Below the pieces are notes generated by a model, which saw only the letters and a list, made by a program, of their open reading frames with translations, was not told the origin of the DNA and did not search any database. DNA of 64,000 nucleotides from an uncultured Verrucomicrobiae bacterium. GTDB taxonomy: Bacteria; Verrucomicrobiota; Verrucomicrobiia; Limisphaerales; Palsa-1400. The stretch is from the NCBI GenBank assembly GCA_963702845.1, contig OY969763.1:1152001-1216000 (forward strand), given 5' to 3'. Position numbers and translations under genes: made by a program. Positions 23,801 through 34,588 of the stretch are shown in pieces; position 1 is the first letter of the stretch, and the number at the start of each line of letters is the position of its first letter.

Positions 23801-25057
23801 GCCGTCACAAGCGACACCGCGACCGTTACAGTGAATGACCCTGGAATCAGCGTTCAGCCAGTCAACGTGGTCGCCACCACGAAGAGCAACATTACCTTCA
23901 GCATCACTGCTGGTGGAACTGGCCCGTTAACCTATCAATGGTACTTCATCAAAAACGGGACCACGACGCCTAAGAAGATGGTGAAGAGCGCGACCATCCC
24001 GGCTGTGACCAACGCCACACTTAGCATCAACAACGTAGCTGGCGCGGCTAGTGGCGGTTCCTACTACTGCACCGTGACCAACTCGCTCCACGCCGGAACG
24101 GTCAGCTCCAACGCGACCCTGACGGTTTACGACGCTCCGTTGGTTAAGATTGCTCCGCCCAGCAAGACGTTGCTGGCTGGTTTCAACTACACCATGGTAG
24201 CCAAAGTGACCAAGGGAGCGCTCAATCAGACCTTGAGCTATCAATGGAACAAAAACGGCAATGCCATCAGCGGCGCGACCACCTCGACCTACTCGCTGGT
24301 GGATGTTCAGACCCCTGACACAGCGGTATACTCCTGTGTGGTGAGCAACAACTCACCGACAGGCGGTTCGGCCAGTCTCTCCCTGACGGTGACTCAAGAC
24401 ACTGAGGTTCCCAAAGTGGTGCTCTTGTTGAAGCCAACGGACATGGCAGCCAAACACGCGTTGACCACTAACGACGTCCCCGTTGATCCGACCGGAACCA
24501 ATCACGCGCCTGATGTCGACTTCCTCGGCAAGGCAGTGGATAAAGGTTTGATTGTGTCCGCCTGGGTCAGCAACGCCGTCAATCAGGCGGTGTTCCCTGC
24601 GACATTCGTGAAGAAGGTGACCGACCTGACGGCAACGAACACCGCGGCCGGCAAGCCAGCATTCTTCCTCTCACACGTGAGCATGGTAGATGGAACCAAC
24701 ATCTTCTGGGGTCTGGCAACGGACTCTGATGGCAACACGAGCACCACCACGAAAGGCACGCACATGTTCTTCATTGCCAATCCGCAAGCGCTGACCCTGG
24801 CGACCAGCGGAACTGGCCGTATCACCTCGGTAACCGACGCGACCTCGAAGAACTGGGGCAACCCGACCAACACAGCGGTGCTGGCGGTAGGCCACAATTA
24901 CACGATAAAGGCCACGCCAATCGGTCACCTCGTTACCTTCCAGAAATGGACCGTGTCAGACAGCACTGGCCCATTGCCCGATCAACTGGCCAATCCGTTG
25001 ACCTTCACCATGTCACTTGGACGAACCAATACGGCTGTGTTCTCCAACCACCCGTAA
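17806..25057 (+). CDS. Giant secreted Ig-repeat protein, ~2400 aa (15 Ig repeats, InlB B-repeat-like, golvesin-like and DUF5011-like domains); frameshifts near 18740, 22450 and 23400
   Basis: Four consecutive ORFs join. Repeated QP..YQWKKNG..D.GSY.C units; LILDNDD..AGNYDVYEW..VIADGIRL (golvesin-like); DPGATASDVCDG..YGATDLSGN (DUF5011-like). Confidence 0.85.
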
Positions 25058-25074
25058 TTAGAAATTGAATACAC

Positions 25075-25107
25075 AAAAGGCGTCCCGCGCGAGCGGGACG
25101 CCTTTTT
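25075..25107. terminator. Bidirectional Rho-independent terminator (copy 1)
   Basis: AAAAGGCGTCCCGC-GCGA-GCGGGACGCCTTTTT. Confidence 0.9.
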
Positions 25108-25427
25108 GTTTTTCGTTGCGAGTTAAAGCCGGTAGAGCTTCAATCTTTCGTTCCGCAATTAATTACCTTCAACAACCTTGGCCGAGCGCGACTGCGTCGC
25201 TCGCTTGCGTTGGTTTTCGTCGAGAATCTTTTTGCGCAGGCGCAAGTTCTTTGGCGTTGCCTCAACGTATTCATCGGCGCTGATCATCGGCGTTGATGTA
25301 TTCGAGCGCGCGCTCGAGCGACATCTTCAGCGGAGGAGGCGGCCAATCCGTTGACCTTCACCATGTCACTTGGACGGACCAATACGGCTGTGTTCTCCAA
25401 CCATCCGTAATTAGAAATTGAATACGC

Positions 25428-25460
25428 AAAAGGCGTCCCGCGCGAGCGGGACGCCTTTTT
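25428..25460. terminator. Bidirectional Rho-independent terminator (copy 2)
   Basis: Identical hairpin, downstream of the typA stop. Confidence 0.9.
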
Positions 25461-25511
25461 GTTTTTAGTTGCGGATTAAAGCTGGTAGAGCCTCAAGTTT
25501 TTGTTCCGCAA

Positions 25512-27350
25512 TTAATTACCTTCAACAACCTTGGCCGAGCGCGACTGCGTCGCTCGCTTGCGTTGGTTTTCGTCGAGAATCTTTTTGCGCAGGCGCAGGT
25601 TCTTTGGCGTTGCCTCAACGTATTCATCGGCGCTGATGTATTCGAGCGCGCGCTCGAGTGACATCTTCAGCGGAGGATCGAGTTGAATGCCCTTACCGTC
25701 ACCTTGCGAACGCATGTTCGTGAGGCGTTTCGCTTTGCAGGGATTTACCGGAATATCGTTTTCACGAGCGTTTTCGCCGACAATCATGCCCGTATAAATC
25801 TTATCACCCGGCTCCACCATCAAGCGACCGCGTTCCTGAACCATGTTCAATGCGTAAGCCATTGCTTCGCCATCTTCCATGCTGACGAGTGAACCGTTCT
25901 TGCGCGCCTGAATATCGCCGCGATCCGGACCGTATTCGTGGAATAGATGCGACATAACGCCAAGACCGCGTGTCGCGTTGACGAGATCGGTTTCGAAACC
26001 AATCAAACCACGCATCGGAATCAAAGCTTCAATCGTCACGTCTTCCCCGTGATGGTTCATGTCTTTGATGTCCGCTTTACGGCTGGACAAGTTTTCCAGA
26101 ACCGAACCCATGGCGTTCTTCGGAATTTCCAGGAAAAGCTTTTCGATAGGCTCAAGCAACTTGCCGTCCTGATCCTTCTTATAAATAACCTCCGGACGCG
26201 ACACTAGAACTTCATGTCCCTCGCGGCGCATCTGCTCGACAAGAATCGCGATCTGCATTTCGCCACGACCTGCGACGTTGAAGATATTCGGCACGTCGCT
26301 GGGCGAGATGCGCAATGCGACGTTTGTGCGGATTTCCTTGTTCAGGCGTTCCCAAATATGGCGCGCCGTCACGAGTTTGCCGTCCTGACCCGCGAGCGGT
26401 CCGTCGTTGACGGCGAACTGCATTTGAATCGTCGGCGGATCAATCGGCACAAAGGGCAGGGGAGCGCGGTCGTCTCGGTCAGTGATCGTTTCACCAATGA
26501 AAACGTCTTCAAAACCGGCGATACCAACGATGTCACCAGCGTGCGCTTCCTGGATTTCGATACGTTTCAAACCTTCGAAATGGAAAATCATCGTGACTTT
26601 GCCGACGGTCTTTCGGCCATCACCGTGCAGGCAGGCGGCGGGGTCACCGATCTTTACTTTGCCAGCGTAAATCTTACCGAAAGCGATACGACCGAGATAA
26701 TCAGAATAATCGAGATTCGCTACGAGCATCTTGAACTCAACACCCGCATGCGCACGTGGCGGCGGAATATGTTTCACGATGGCGTCAAAAAGCGGCGCCA
26801 TTGTGTCGGTTTTATCTTTGATGTCGATTTTCGCATACCCATCTTTGGCGCTGGTGTAAACAACTGGGAAATCCAACTGCTCATCCGTGGCGTGGAGCGA
26901 TACGAATAGATCGAACACTTCATCCAAAACGCGGTGCGGGTTAGAATTGTCGCGGTCGATTTTGTTGATGACCACGATGGGCTTCGCGCCCGCTTCCAGA
27001 GCCTTGCGAAGCACAAAACGCGTCTGCGCCTGCGGACCGTCCGTCGCATCAACCACCAGCAGCACGCCGTCGATCATGTTCATGATACGCTCGACTTCGC
27101 CGCCGAAATCCGCGTGTCCTGGGGTATCTACGATGTTGATGTGAAACTCTTTATACTTAAAAGCGGCGTTCTTGGCGCGAATGGTGATGCCTTTTTCACG
27201 TTCCAAATCCATGGAGTCCATGATCCGTTCCTCCCCGGAAATGGCCTGATTGGCGCGAAATGTCCCGGACTGTTTGAGCAAACAATCCACCAGGGTCGTC
27301 TTGCCGTGGTCAACGTGTGCGATAATTGCGATGTTGCGAATATGTTCCAT
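25512..27350 (-). CDS. typA: Translational GTPase TypA/BipA
   Basis: [51 protein letters not shown]. Confidence 0.97.
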   Translation of the reverse strand: MEHIRNIAIIAHVDHGKTTLVDCLLKQSGTFRANQAISGEERIMDSMDLEREKGITIRAKNAAFKYKEFHINIVDTPGHADFGGEVERIMNMIDGVLLVVDATDGPQAQTRFVLRKALEAGAKPIVVINKIDRDNSNPHRVLDEVFDLFVSLHATDEQLDFPVVYTSAKDGYAKIDIKDKTDTMAPLFDAIVKHIPPPRAHAGVEFKMLVANLDYSDYLGRIAFGKIYAGKVKIGDPAACLHGDGRKTVGKVTMIFHFEGLKRIEIQEAHAGDIVGIAGFEDVFIGETITDRDDRAPLPFVPIDPPTIQMQFAVNDGPLAGQDGKLVTARHIWERLNKEIRTNVALRISPSDVPNIFNVAGRGEMQIAILVEQMRREGHEVLVSRPEVIYKKDQDGKLLEPIEKLFLEIPKNAMGSVLENLSSRKADIKDMNHHGEDVTIEALIPMRGLIGFETDLVNATRGLGVMSHLFHEYGPDRGDIQARKNGSLVSMEDGEAMAYALNMVQERGRLMVEPGDKIYTGMIVGENARENDIPVNPCKAKRLTNMRSQGDGKGIQLDPPLKMSLERALEYISADEYVEATPKNLRLRKKILDENQRKRATQSRSAKVVEGN

Positions 27351-27456
27351 TATAAAGAGCCGCGTAATGTGCCTTGTCCTGCCAAAAGGTCAAGTTGCGA
27401 TACGGATATCGCAGTTCCTTAACATGAGGCTTAAACTGATGTAAATTAACGCTTCC

Positions 27457-30400
27457 GTGCAGTCGTTCCATTTTCATCCGGTCATTGCGCGGTGGTTTGA
27501 GCAAAAGTTCGGCTCGCCCACCGACCCGCAGCGTTGTGGTTGGCCCGCAATTCAAGGAGGTAAAAACGTCCTCATTGCCGCGCCGACTGGTTCCGGTAAA
27601 ACCCTCGCTGCATTTTTCGCGTCCTTGGACCAACTTTTCCGGGAAGGTTTGCAAGGCGATTTGCCCGATGAAACTCGCGTCATTTACGTCTCCCCACTGA
27701 AAGCGCTCAGCAACGACATCCACAAAAATCTCGAAGAACCTTTGGCCGGCTTGCGCGCCGCACTACTCGAAAGCGAAGGTCGCGACGTTCCCGTTCGCGC
27801 CGAAGTCCGCACGGGTGACACCTCCGCCGCAAAACGTTTAGCGATTGGAAAAAGACCGCCGCACATTCTCGTCACTACACCCGAGTCGCTATATTTACTG
27901 CTCACCTCGCAATCCGGCCGAAAAGTGCTGGGAACTGTCCGCACGATAATCGTCGACGAGATCCACGCTCTCGTCGGGAACCGCCGTGGCTCACATCTGG
28001 CGCTGAGCATGGAACGCCTCACCGCGTTGGTTAAACATCCTCTCCAGCGCATCGGCCTCTCTGCGACGCAAAAGCCTATCGAAGAAGTCGCCCGCTTCCT
28101 GGTCGGCACAAAAAACATCGCCCCCTCCGGAAAACCCAACTGCACCATCGTCGATTCCGGCTACGCGAGAAAAATGGACCTCTCCATCGAACTCCCCGGT
28201 TCACCACTCGAAGCCGTGATGTCGACTGAAGTCTGGGGTGAAGTCTACCAACGGCTCTGCCAATTAATCGACGAGCATCGAACAACATTAATTTTCGTCA
28301 ACACCCGACGGCTCGCCGAGCGCGTCACGCATCAATTAGCCGAACGCCTCGGTAAAGACAAAGTGACGTCCCATCACGGCAGCCTTTCCGCCAAGCTCCG
28401 TCTCGACGCCGAAAACCGCCTTAAACGTGGTGAACTAAAAGCGCTCGTCGCCACCGCTTCGCTCGAGCTCGGCATCGACATCGGTTCCGTCGACCTTGTT
28501 TGCCAAATCGGTCCGACCCGGTCCATCGCCACCATGCTTCAACGCGCCGGCCGCGCCGATCACCGTCGCGGAGGCATGCCCAAAGCCCGTTTATTCCCGC
28601 TTAGCCGCGATGAACTCGTCGAAACCGTCGCCACTATCCACAGCATCCGCCGCGGCGAACTAGATGCCATTATCATGCCGGAAAAGCCACTCGATGTTCT
28701 CGCCCAACAAATGGTGGCCGCTGCCGCGTGTGAGGATTTAACTGAAGAGCAACTCTTCGACATGATGCGCGCCGCATATCCATATCGGAATCTCGCCCGC
28801 GAAGAGTTCGATGAAGTCCTGCGCATGATCGCCGAAGGCTTTACCACTAAGCGAGGCCGTCGCGGCGCATTGATTCACCACGATGCGATCAATCACCGCA
28901 TCCGCGCCCGTCGCGGTGCGCGTTTGACTGCGCTCACATCCGGCGGCGCAATTCCCGACAATGCCGATTATCGCGTCGTCGTCGAACCTGGCGAAACCTA
29001 CATCGGCACACTCAACGAAGACTTCGCGATAGAAAGTTTGGCCGGCGATATTTTTCAATTAGGCAACGCTTCGTGGCGAATCCTCCGGGTCGGCACCGGA
29101 GTTGTGCGAGTCGAAGACGCCCACGGCCAGCCCCCCAGCATGCCTTTCTGGCTCGGCGAAGCTCCCGGACGCACCGCCGAACTTTCCCAGTCGATTTCTG
29201 ATTTACGTGAACACATTGCTTCCACCCTCTCCGCCTCAGGAGGAGAGGGTAGGGAAGAGGAAGCCGTTTTTTCGGCTTTGAAGAATGAGATTGGTCTAAC
29301 CGATGCAGCCGCGCGCCAACTCGCGAACTACTTCGCCGAAACCTATAAATCTCTCGGCATAATCCCATCGCAGAAAACTTTGGTCATCGAACGTTTCTTC
29401 GACGAATCCGGCGGGATGCAACTCGTCATCCACTCGCCATTCGGCATTCGCGTCAATCGCGGCTGGGGCCTCGCGTTGCGAAAACGTTTCTGTCGCTCGT
29501 TCAATTTCGAACTGCAAGCCGCCGCGACCGACGACGCCATCGTCCTCTCGTTGGGAACAACACACTCGTTCCCGCTTGAAGAAGTGTTCCGTTATCTCAA
29601 CAGCAAAACGGTTCGCGACATTCTCATCCAGGCGCTGCTCGACTCACCGATGTTTCCCACGCGCTGGCGGTGGAACGCCTCACGCGCGCTCGCGCTTCCA
29701 CGACATCGCAGCGGTCACAAAATTCCTGCCGCGCTGCAACGGATGGAATCGGAAAACCTGCTCTCCGCGGTTTTTCCCGATCAACTCGCCTGCCTCGAAA
29801 ACATCGTCGGCGATCGCATCGTGCCGGACCATCCGTTGGTGAAACAAACGATTGACGATTGTCTTGTCGAGGCGATGGACATTGATGGGCTTATTGAGGT
29901 TCTGAAAAAAATCGAAACCGGCGCAGTGAAATGCATCGCGCGCGACTTGCCCGAGCCATCTCCGCTTGCGCATGAAATTCTGAACGCGAAGCCTTACGCG
30001 TTTTTAGATGCCGCACCATTGGAAGAGCGTCGCACTCACGCTGTTTACACGCGGCGTGCGGGCCAAACTTCAAATGATCAAGGCCTCGGAATTCTTGATG
30101 CGGCGGCAATCGAAAAAGTATCTGACGAAGCGTGGCCGCGCGTCAGTAATGCGGACGAATTGCATGAAGCGTTGCTTCTCATCGGCGCGATGAGCGATGA
30201 GGAAATTAAGCGCACCGCTTCGAATCGTGAATGGCTCGACTCGCTAGTCGCTGACAAACGCGCTGGTCGTCTTTCGAATGGTTTTTGGATTGCCGCCGAA
30301 CGGCTGCCAATGTTGCAAACCGTTTTTCCAAACTCGAACACCGAACCTTCGTTGATTCCGCCGATTGCCGAACAGAAAAAACAATGGGAACAATCGGACG

Positions 30401-31812
30401 CAATCCGCGAGCTGGTCCGTGGCCGCATGGAAGTCATTGGTCCAACCACCGCGCCCGCTTTGGTCAAGTTTTACAATTTAGCGCAGACACAAATCGACGC
30501 CGCTCTTCTCGCGCTCGAAGCCGAGGGATTTATTTTGCGCGGCAAGTTCAATCCCGATGCCCAGGATACAGAATGGTGCGACCGTCGTTTACTCGCCCGC
30601 ATTCATCGTCTCACTATCAACCGCCTGCGCGCCGAAATTCAGCCGGTCACACTCGCTGAGTTCCAGCGCTTCCTGCTCTCCTGGCAACATGTCGATTCCG
30701 AGAATCGCGTGGAAGGTGTTTCCGGCGTGGACGCCGTGCTGACGATATTGGACGGTTTTCAAACGCAATCAGCCGCGTGGGAACCGGAACTGCTTGCGTT
30801 GCGCGTCAAGGAATACACGCCGCAGTTGCTCGACCAACTGTGTTTCACCGGCCGTTTCGGCTGGGGACGTCTCGCGCCGGCCCAGAATAAAAGCGGACGT
30901 TCGAACGGGCCGATTCGCTCCAGCCCGGTTTCTATTTTCTCGCGGAGCAATGCAGCCCATTGGCTCGCGTTGTCGGTGCCTGTTTCCGAGCCTGACTATT
31001 CGTCCGATACGAAACTCGTTTTAGAAACACTGTCACGCAGCGGCGCGTTGTTCTTCGGCGAACTGACAAAAAAAACCGGCCTCCTGCCTTCGCGTGTTGA
31101 GCAAGCGTTAGCTGAACTCGTCGCCAACGGCCAGGTCACCGCCGACAGCTTTGAAGGTTTGCGCGCGCTTTTGATTCCGAACGAAAAGAAAATTCCATTC
31201 GCCGACAAACACCGCCCGCGCCATCACAAGAGTGTCACCAGCGTTGAGTTCGCCGGGCGTTGGTCGCTGCTGAGGAGCCCGGACGATCTCGTCTGCAAGA
31301 ATAAGGAAGATGCGGACGTAACCGTCCACGCTCCTGACGAAGCCATCGAATCATTCGCGCGCACATTGCTCCGTCGCTACGGTATCGTCTTCCGTCGCAT
31401 GATCGAACGCGAATCTCTGAACGTTTCCTGGTTCGAACTTGGCCGCGCCTACCGTCGACTCGAAGCGCGTGGCGAAATCCGCGGTGGCCATTTCGTCAGT
31501 GGCGTGAGCGGAGAACAATTTGCATTGCCGGAAGCGATCGGACTGTTGCGTTCAATCCGTAAAACTCCAGCGAAAGGCGAACTGATCACCATCAGCGGCG
31601 CCGACCCATTAAACCTCGCCGGCATCCTCGCTCCCGGACCAAAAGTAACCGCCATCACCTCGTCACGAATCCTCTTGCGAGACGGTGTCCCAATAGCTGC
31701 GTTAGAAGGTGGAAATGTAATCGTGTTCGATCGTGAAGTCTCGCCATCAGAAGTTGAACGAGCGTTGAAGGTCGGAAGTTTGCCGCTGACGTTACGCCCG
31801 TATTACTCGTAG
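27457..31812 (+). CDS. lhr: Lhr-family DEAD/DEAH helicase with extended C-terminal domain
   Basis: APTGSGKT, SPLKALSNDI, TTPESL, DEIH, LSAT, HHGSLS, SLELGIDIG, and a C-terminal LLRRYGIVF..LEARGEIRGG.F..EQFALP. Confidence 0.92.
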   Translation: MQSFHFHPVIARWFEQKFGSPTDPQRCGWPAIQGGKNVLIAAPTGSGKTLAAFFASLDQLFREGLQGDLPDETRVIYVSPLKALSNDIHKNLEEPLAGLRAALLESEGRDVPVRAEVRTGDTSAAKRLAIGKRPPHILVTTPESLYLLLTSQSGRKVLGTVRTIIVDEIHALVGNRRGSHLALSMERLTALVKHPLQRIGLSATQKPIEEVARFLVGTKNIAPSGKPNCTIVDSGYARKMDLSIELPGSPLEAVMSTEVWGEVYQRLCQLIDEHRTTLIFVNTRRLAERVTHQLAERLGKDKVTSHHGSLSAKLRLDAENRLKRGELKALVATASLELGIDIGSVDLVCQIGPTRSIATMLQRAGRADHRRGGMPKARLFPLSRDELVETVATIHSIRRGELDAIIMPEKPLDVLAQQMVAAAACEDLTEEQLFDMMRAAYPYRNLAREEFDEVLRMIAEGFTTKRGRRGALIHHDAINHRIRARRGARLTALTSGGAIPDNADYRVVVEPGETYIGTLNEDFAIESLAGDIFQLGNASWRILRVGTGVVRVEDAHGQPPSMPFWLGEAPGRTAELSQSISDLREHIASTLSASGGEGREEEAVFSALKNEIGLTDAAARQLANYFAETYKSLGIIPSQKTLVIERFFDESGGMQLVIHSPFGIRVNRGWGLALRKRFCRSFNFELQAAATDDAIVLSLGTTHSFPLEEVFRYLNSKTVRDILIQALLDSPMFPTRWRWNASRALALPRHRSGHKIPAALQRMESENLLSAVFPDQLACLENIVGDRIVPDHPLVKQTIDDCLVEAMDIDGLIEVLKKIETGAVKCIARDLPEPSPLAHEILNAKPYAFLDAAPLEERRTHAVYTRRAGQTSNDQGLGILDAAAIEKVSDEAWPRVSNADELHEALLLIGAMSDEEIKRTASNREWLDSLVADKRAGRLSNGFWIAAERLPMLQTVFPNSNTEPSLIPPIAEQKKQWEQSDAIRELVRGRMEVIGPTTAPALVKFYNLAQTQIDAALLALEAEGFILRGKFNPDAQDTEWCDRRLLARIHRLTINRLRAEIQPVTLAEFQRFLLSWQHVDSENRVEGVSGVDAVLTILDGFQTQSAAWEPELLALRVKEYTPQLLDQLCFTGRFGWGRLAPAQNKSGRSNGPIRSSPVSIFSRSNAAHWLALSVPVSEPDYSSDTKLVLETLSRSGALFFGELTKKTGLLPSRVEQALAELVANGQVTADSFEGLRALLIPNEKKIPFADKHRPRHHKSVTSVEFAGRWSLLRSPDDLVCKNKEDADVTVHAPDEAIESFARTLLRRYGIVFRRMIERESLNVSWFELGRAYRRLEARGEIRGGHFVSGVSGEQFALPEAIGLLRSIRKTPAKGELITISGADPLNLAGILAPGPKVTAITSSRILLRDGVPIAALEGGNVIVFDREVSPSEVERALKVGSLPLTLRPYYS
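29224..29263. repeat. CCCTCTCC..GGAGAGGG-type palindromic repeat, in frame in lhr
   Basis: ACCCTCTCC-GCCTCAGGA-GGAGAGGGT-AGGGAAGAGG. Related copy in imuB at 35874. Confidence 0.65.
31274..31334. repeat. GGAG-type REP doublet (REPIN-like), in frame in lhr
   Basis: GGAGCCCGGACGATCTCGTCTGCA and TGCGGACGTAACCGTCCACGCTCC are inverted copies (18/24), each with an internal GAC..GTC hairpin. Confidence 0.65.
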
Positions 31813-31839
31813 CTGCCGGCGTGAGGAGTCGGACCGAAT

Positions 31840-32271
31840 TTATTTTCCCGTACTACGCATCACTACAAACCATGCCGTATTATTCTTATCATTCCCGGCC
31901 AATGTGAACCACTTGCCCGGGGCGAGAGAATGTTTGCCATGGCTGACCTGCTTGCCTTTGCCGATGCAATTTACTTCAATCCAATTACTGCCAAGATTCT
32001 TCACTTCCAACTTGCACTTCTCGCTCATCTGCAAAATTTCAGTTTTATTTTGCGGGACAGCCGCTTCCTTTGTGCTGATCTCGTAATAATTGTCCCATTT
32101 GAAAATTCGATGGAGGTCGGAAGAGAGTTTAGGGTCCTGCACCAGCTTGTGACTGACCTTATCCGCCGGGTCACTACTTCCCCATATCAGCTTGGCCTCG
32201 AGCTTCATGTCAGCCGCTCGCGCGCTCATCATTGCGATGAGTAAACTAAAAACGACTACTGCTCTGGACAT
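31840..32271 (-). CDS. Exported hypothetical protein (third gene of the ECF unit)
   Basis: Signal peptide MSRAVVVFSLLIAMMSARA. Start overlaps the anti-sigma stop. Confidence 0.75.
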   Translation of the reverse strand: MSRAVVVFSLLIAMMSARAADMKLEAKLIWGSSDPADKVSHKLVQDPKLSSDLHRIFKWDNYYEISTKEAAVPQNKTEILQMSEKCKLEVKNLGSNWIEVNCIGKGKQVSHGKHSLAPGKWFTLAGNDKNNTAWFVVMRSTGK

Positions 32272-32788
32272 CATATTAAATTGTCATCACTGCTATCGGC
32301 GTTGTTCTCATCCGTTGCCGGTTGGTCATTATCCTGCAACCAGACAACCGTCATGCCAGCCGATTGATCGTGGAAAGTCAATGCGCTCATTTCATCAGAA
32401 GTCGCCGTCACTTCGTCAGCCCCCTGCGTAGAAAATTGATCTACCGACAACATCGCCACAGCGCAAGCCACAGCCACACCGGCTAAAGGCAATGCGATCC
32501 GGCGCAAAATTGCCAATGGATCCCACGATGGAGCAGGGGAGCGCTTCGTGCCGGCCGCTTCCTCGCGTTCGATCTGCAACCGGATCTTGTTCCAATAGAA
32601 CTCACGCAACTCAGGCAACGCAACCGTCATCTCGTTTCCCGCGAGAGCCGCTTTTGTCTGGCGCAGTTCAGTCGCCAACGCCTTTGCTTCAGCGTCGCGT
32701 TCGACCAACTTCGCCACACCGCGCGCCTGCCAGGCAGACAATTCCCCATCAACCCATGCCTGAATCTTCAATGTAATTCTTCGTTCAT
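32271..32788 (-). CDS. Membrane-anchored anti-sigma factor (1 bp frameshift near start)
   Basis: ATG 32788 gives MNEEL, then LKIQAWVDGELS. Single TM segment; lies directly downstream of the ECF sigma gene. Confidence 0.75.
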
Positions 32789-32817
32789 TTTGTTCGTTTG
32801 GGCGTTTCGCCCGAAAT

Positions 32818-33420
32818 TCATTCTTTCTGCTCTCTTTTTAAACCTTGCAGTAGCGACGCCATCCGCCGTCGTGCATAAAACAATCGCGACATCACAGTCC
32901 CAATCGAGCACTTCATCCGCTTCGCGATTTCCTTATATTCCAACTCTTCAAATTCGTGCAGCACCAGGACCGTCCGATGCTCATTCGACAACTGCGCCAG
33001 CGCCCGATCAATCCGCTGCCTTAACTCGCCGCGCTCCAAACCTTCCGTCGGATTCACCGTCACCACCGGCATCTGCCGCTCCACCCCGCCGGTTTCTTCA
33101 TCCATCATTTCGATGGACTCCGCGCGTTGCCGTTTATGTTTGCGCAACTGGTCCAGGCACAAGTTGATTACAATTCGCGTCATCCATGTGACAAAACTGG
33201 AATCGCCCTGGAACTGAATCAGCCGCTGCCAACCTTTCACCCACGCTTCCTGAGAAAGATCAAGCGCTTCATCCTCGTTACGCATCATGCTGAACGCCCG
33301 TGCGTAAATCTTATCGCGATGTCGCGCCACCAATTCCTCAAAGGCCACCATATCGCCTTTGCGGGACGACATAACCAGGTCTTGGTCGCTCATCGCTGAC
33401 TTATCCTGGTTCGTCGACAT
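32818..33420 (-). CDS. ECF sigma-70 factor
   Basis: GDMVAFEELV, EALDLSQEAWVK, SSFVTWMTRI, LEYKEIA..GTVMSRLFYARR. Confidence 0.93.
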   Translation of the reverse strand: MSTNQDKSAMSDQDLVMSSRKGDMVAFEELVARHRDKIYARAFSMMRNEDEALDLSQEAWVKGWQRLIQFQGDSSFVTWMTRIVINLCLDQLRKHKRQRAESIEMMDEETGGVERQMPVVTVNPTEGLERGELRQRIDRALAQLSNEHRTVLVLHEFEELEYKEIAKRMKCSIGTVMSRLFYARRRMASLLQGLKREQKE

Positions 33421-33461
33421 AGGTTTGACGCTGCTGATAGACAATTATTCAGCGACGTGCG

Positions 33462-34125
33462 TTACAATTTACCTTTAGTGGAAGGAAGTTTGTTGGCGAT
33501 GCGCGGGTCACGTTGGCACGCCGCATCGATGGCTCGTCCAAACGACTTAAATAGCGCCTCCACAACATGATGCGGCTCATCTCCGTATAGAAGTTCCAGA
33601 TGCAAATTGGCCCTGCCTTCGTTGGCAAAACCTTGGAAAAATTCTTTTGCTAACCCAAATCGAAAGGCAGACGACACATCCTGCTTCTTCTCCGCTTTGG
33701 TCACCGACTTATAAGAAAAATCATCAAGACCGCGCCAAATGAAATGCGGTCGTGCCACCAAAATCAATCACGCATCGCGCGAGCGTTTCATCCATCGGCA
33801 CATACGCTTCCCCGGTAAAAGGATTACGCGGATCAAACCCGGTGCCGTACCTTTTAATTCCTTTTTTGTCCCCAAGCGCCTGCACAAAAGCCTGCCCGAG
33901 CGCGAGTCCACAATCTTCCACCGTATGATGCGCATCGATGTGCAAATCCCCTTTGCATTTCAGTTCGAGATCCAGCGTCCCATGCTTCGCCATCAACGTG
34001 AGCATGTGATCGAAAAAACCGACCCCAGTCGAAATGGAAGACTTCCCAGTCCCGTCAATATTCAGGGACAGAGAGATCTGGGTCTCAGTAGTTTCACGTT
34101 TGATGCGCGCCTGCCTCTTTTGCAT
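33462..34125 (-). CDS. hisB: Imidazoleglycerol-phosphate dehydratase (frameshift ~33754)
   Basis: [48 protein letters not shown]. Confidence 0.92.
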
Positions 34126-34358
34126 CCGCAGAACTTAAACAGCGTCACTCGGGAAAACAAACCGTAATTCCTAGCAGCGCCGATTGGCAATCGGCGAACT
34201 TCAAGTCGGAGCGCCGGTTTTTAATCAGCTTTTCTTTTCACTTGGACAGCCTTTGTCCAAGTGACCTTGCTACCATCCTCGCAAATATGAATATAGAAAT
34301 CTCTTTATCGTCCGGGCAATCGCTCGGCGACCGATGCTTCCAAAGCGTCAAAAACTTG

Positions 34359-34528
34359 ACCGTTTCTTTACCGTTTCTTTACCGAAATTCGGCGTCTTTT
34401 TTCACCCAATCTGTGCACCACAATGACTTACAAACATTCGCCCCTAAACTCGGTCGGTTTTTTACATCCGTCACGCCATAACGCCAAATTGCGCCTTGTA
34501 ACGCTTCATAACGGCTTATAACGCCAAA
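34359..34528. repeat. Phased tandem arrays upstream of imuA
   Basis: ACCGTTTCTTT 11 bp units at 34359-34389 and TAACGC-core 10 bp units x5 at 34479-34528. Confidence 0.8.
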
Positions 34529-34588
34529 AAAATAAAAAAATATTTTTCACCATCCAACCCGGTCTATAATTAACACAGAATCTTTGCC

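Larger units (their letters stand above)
24988..25677. repeat. Diverged tandem duplication (24988-25337 and 25341-25677)
   Basis: Each unit contains the 3' end of the Ig gene, the terminator and the 3' end of typA. Units differ by scattered substitutions and a 13 bp internal duplication in copy 1. Confidence 0.95.

Noticed and set aside
24988..25677. DGR template/variable repeat pair, or attL/attR
   Set aside because: Differences are not adenine-specific, the copies are adjacent, and no reverse transcriptase or integrase is present.
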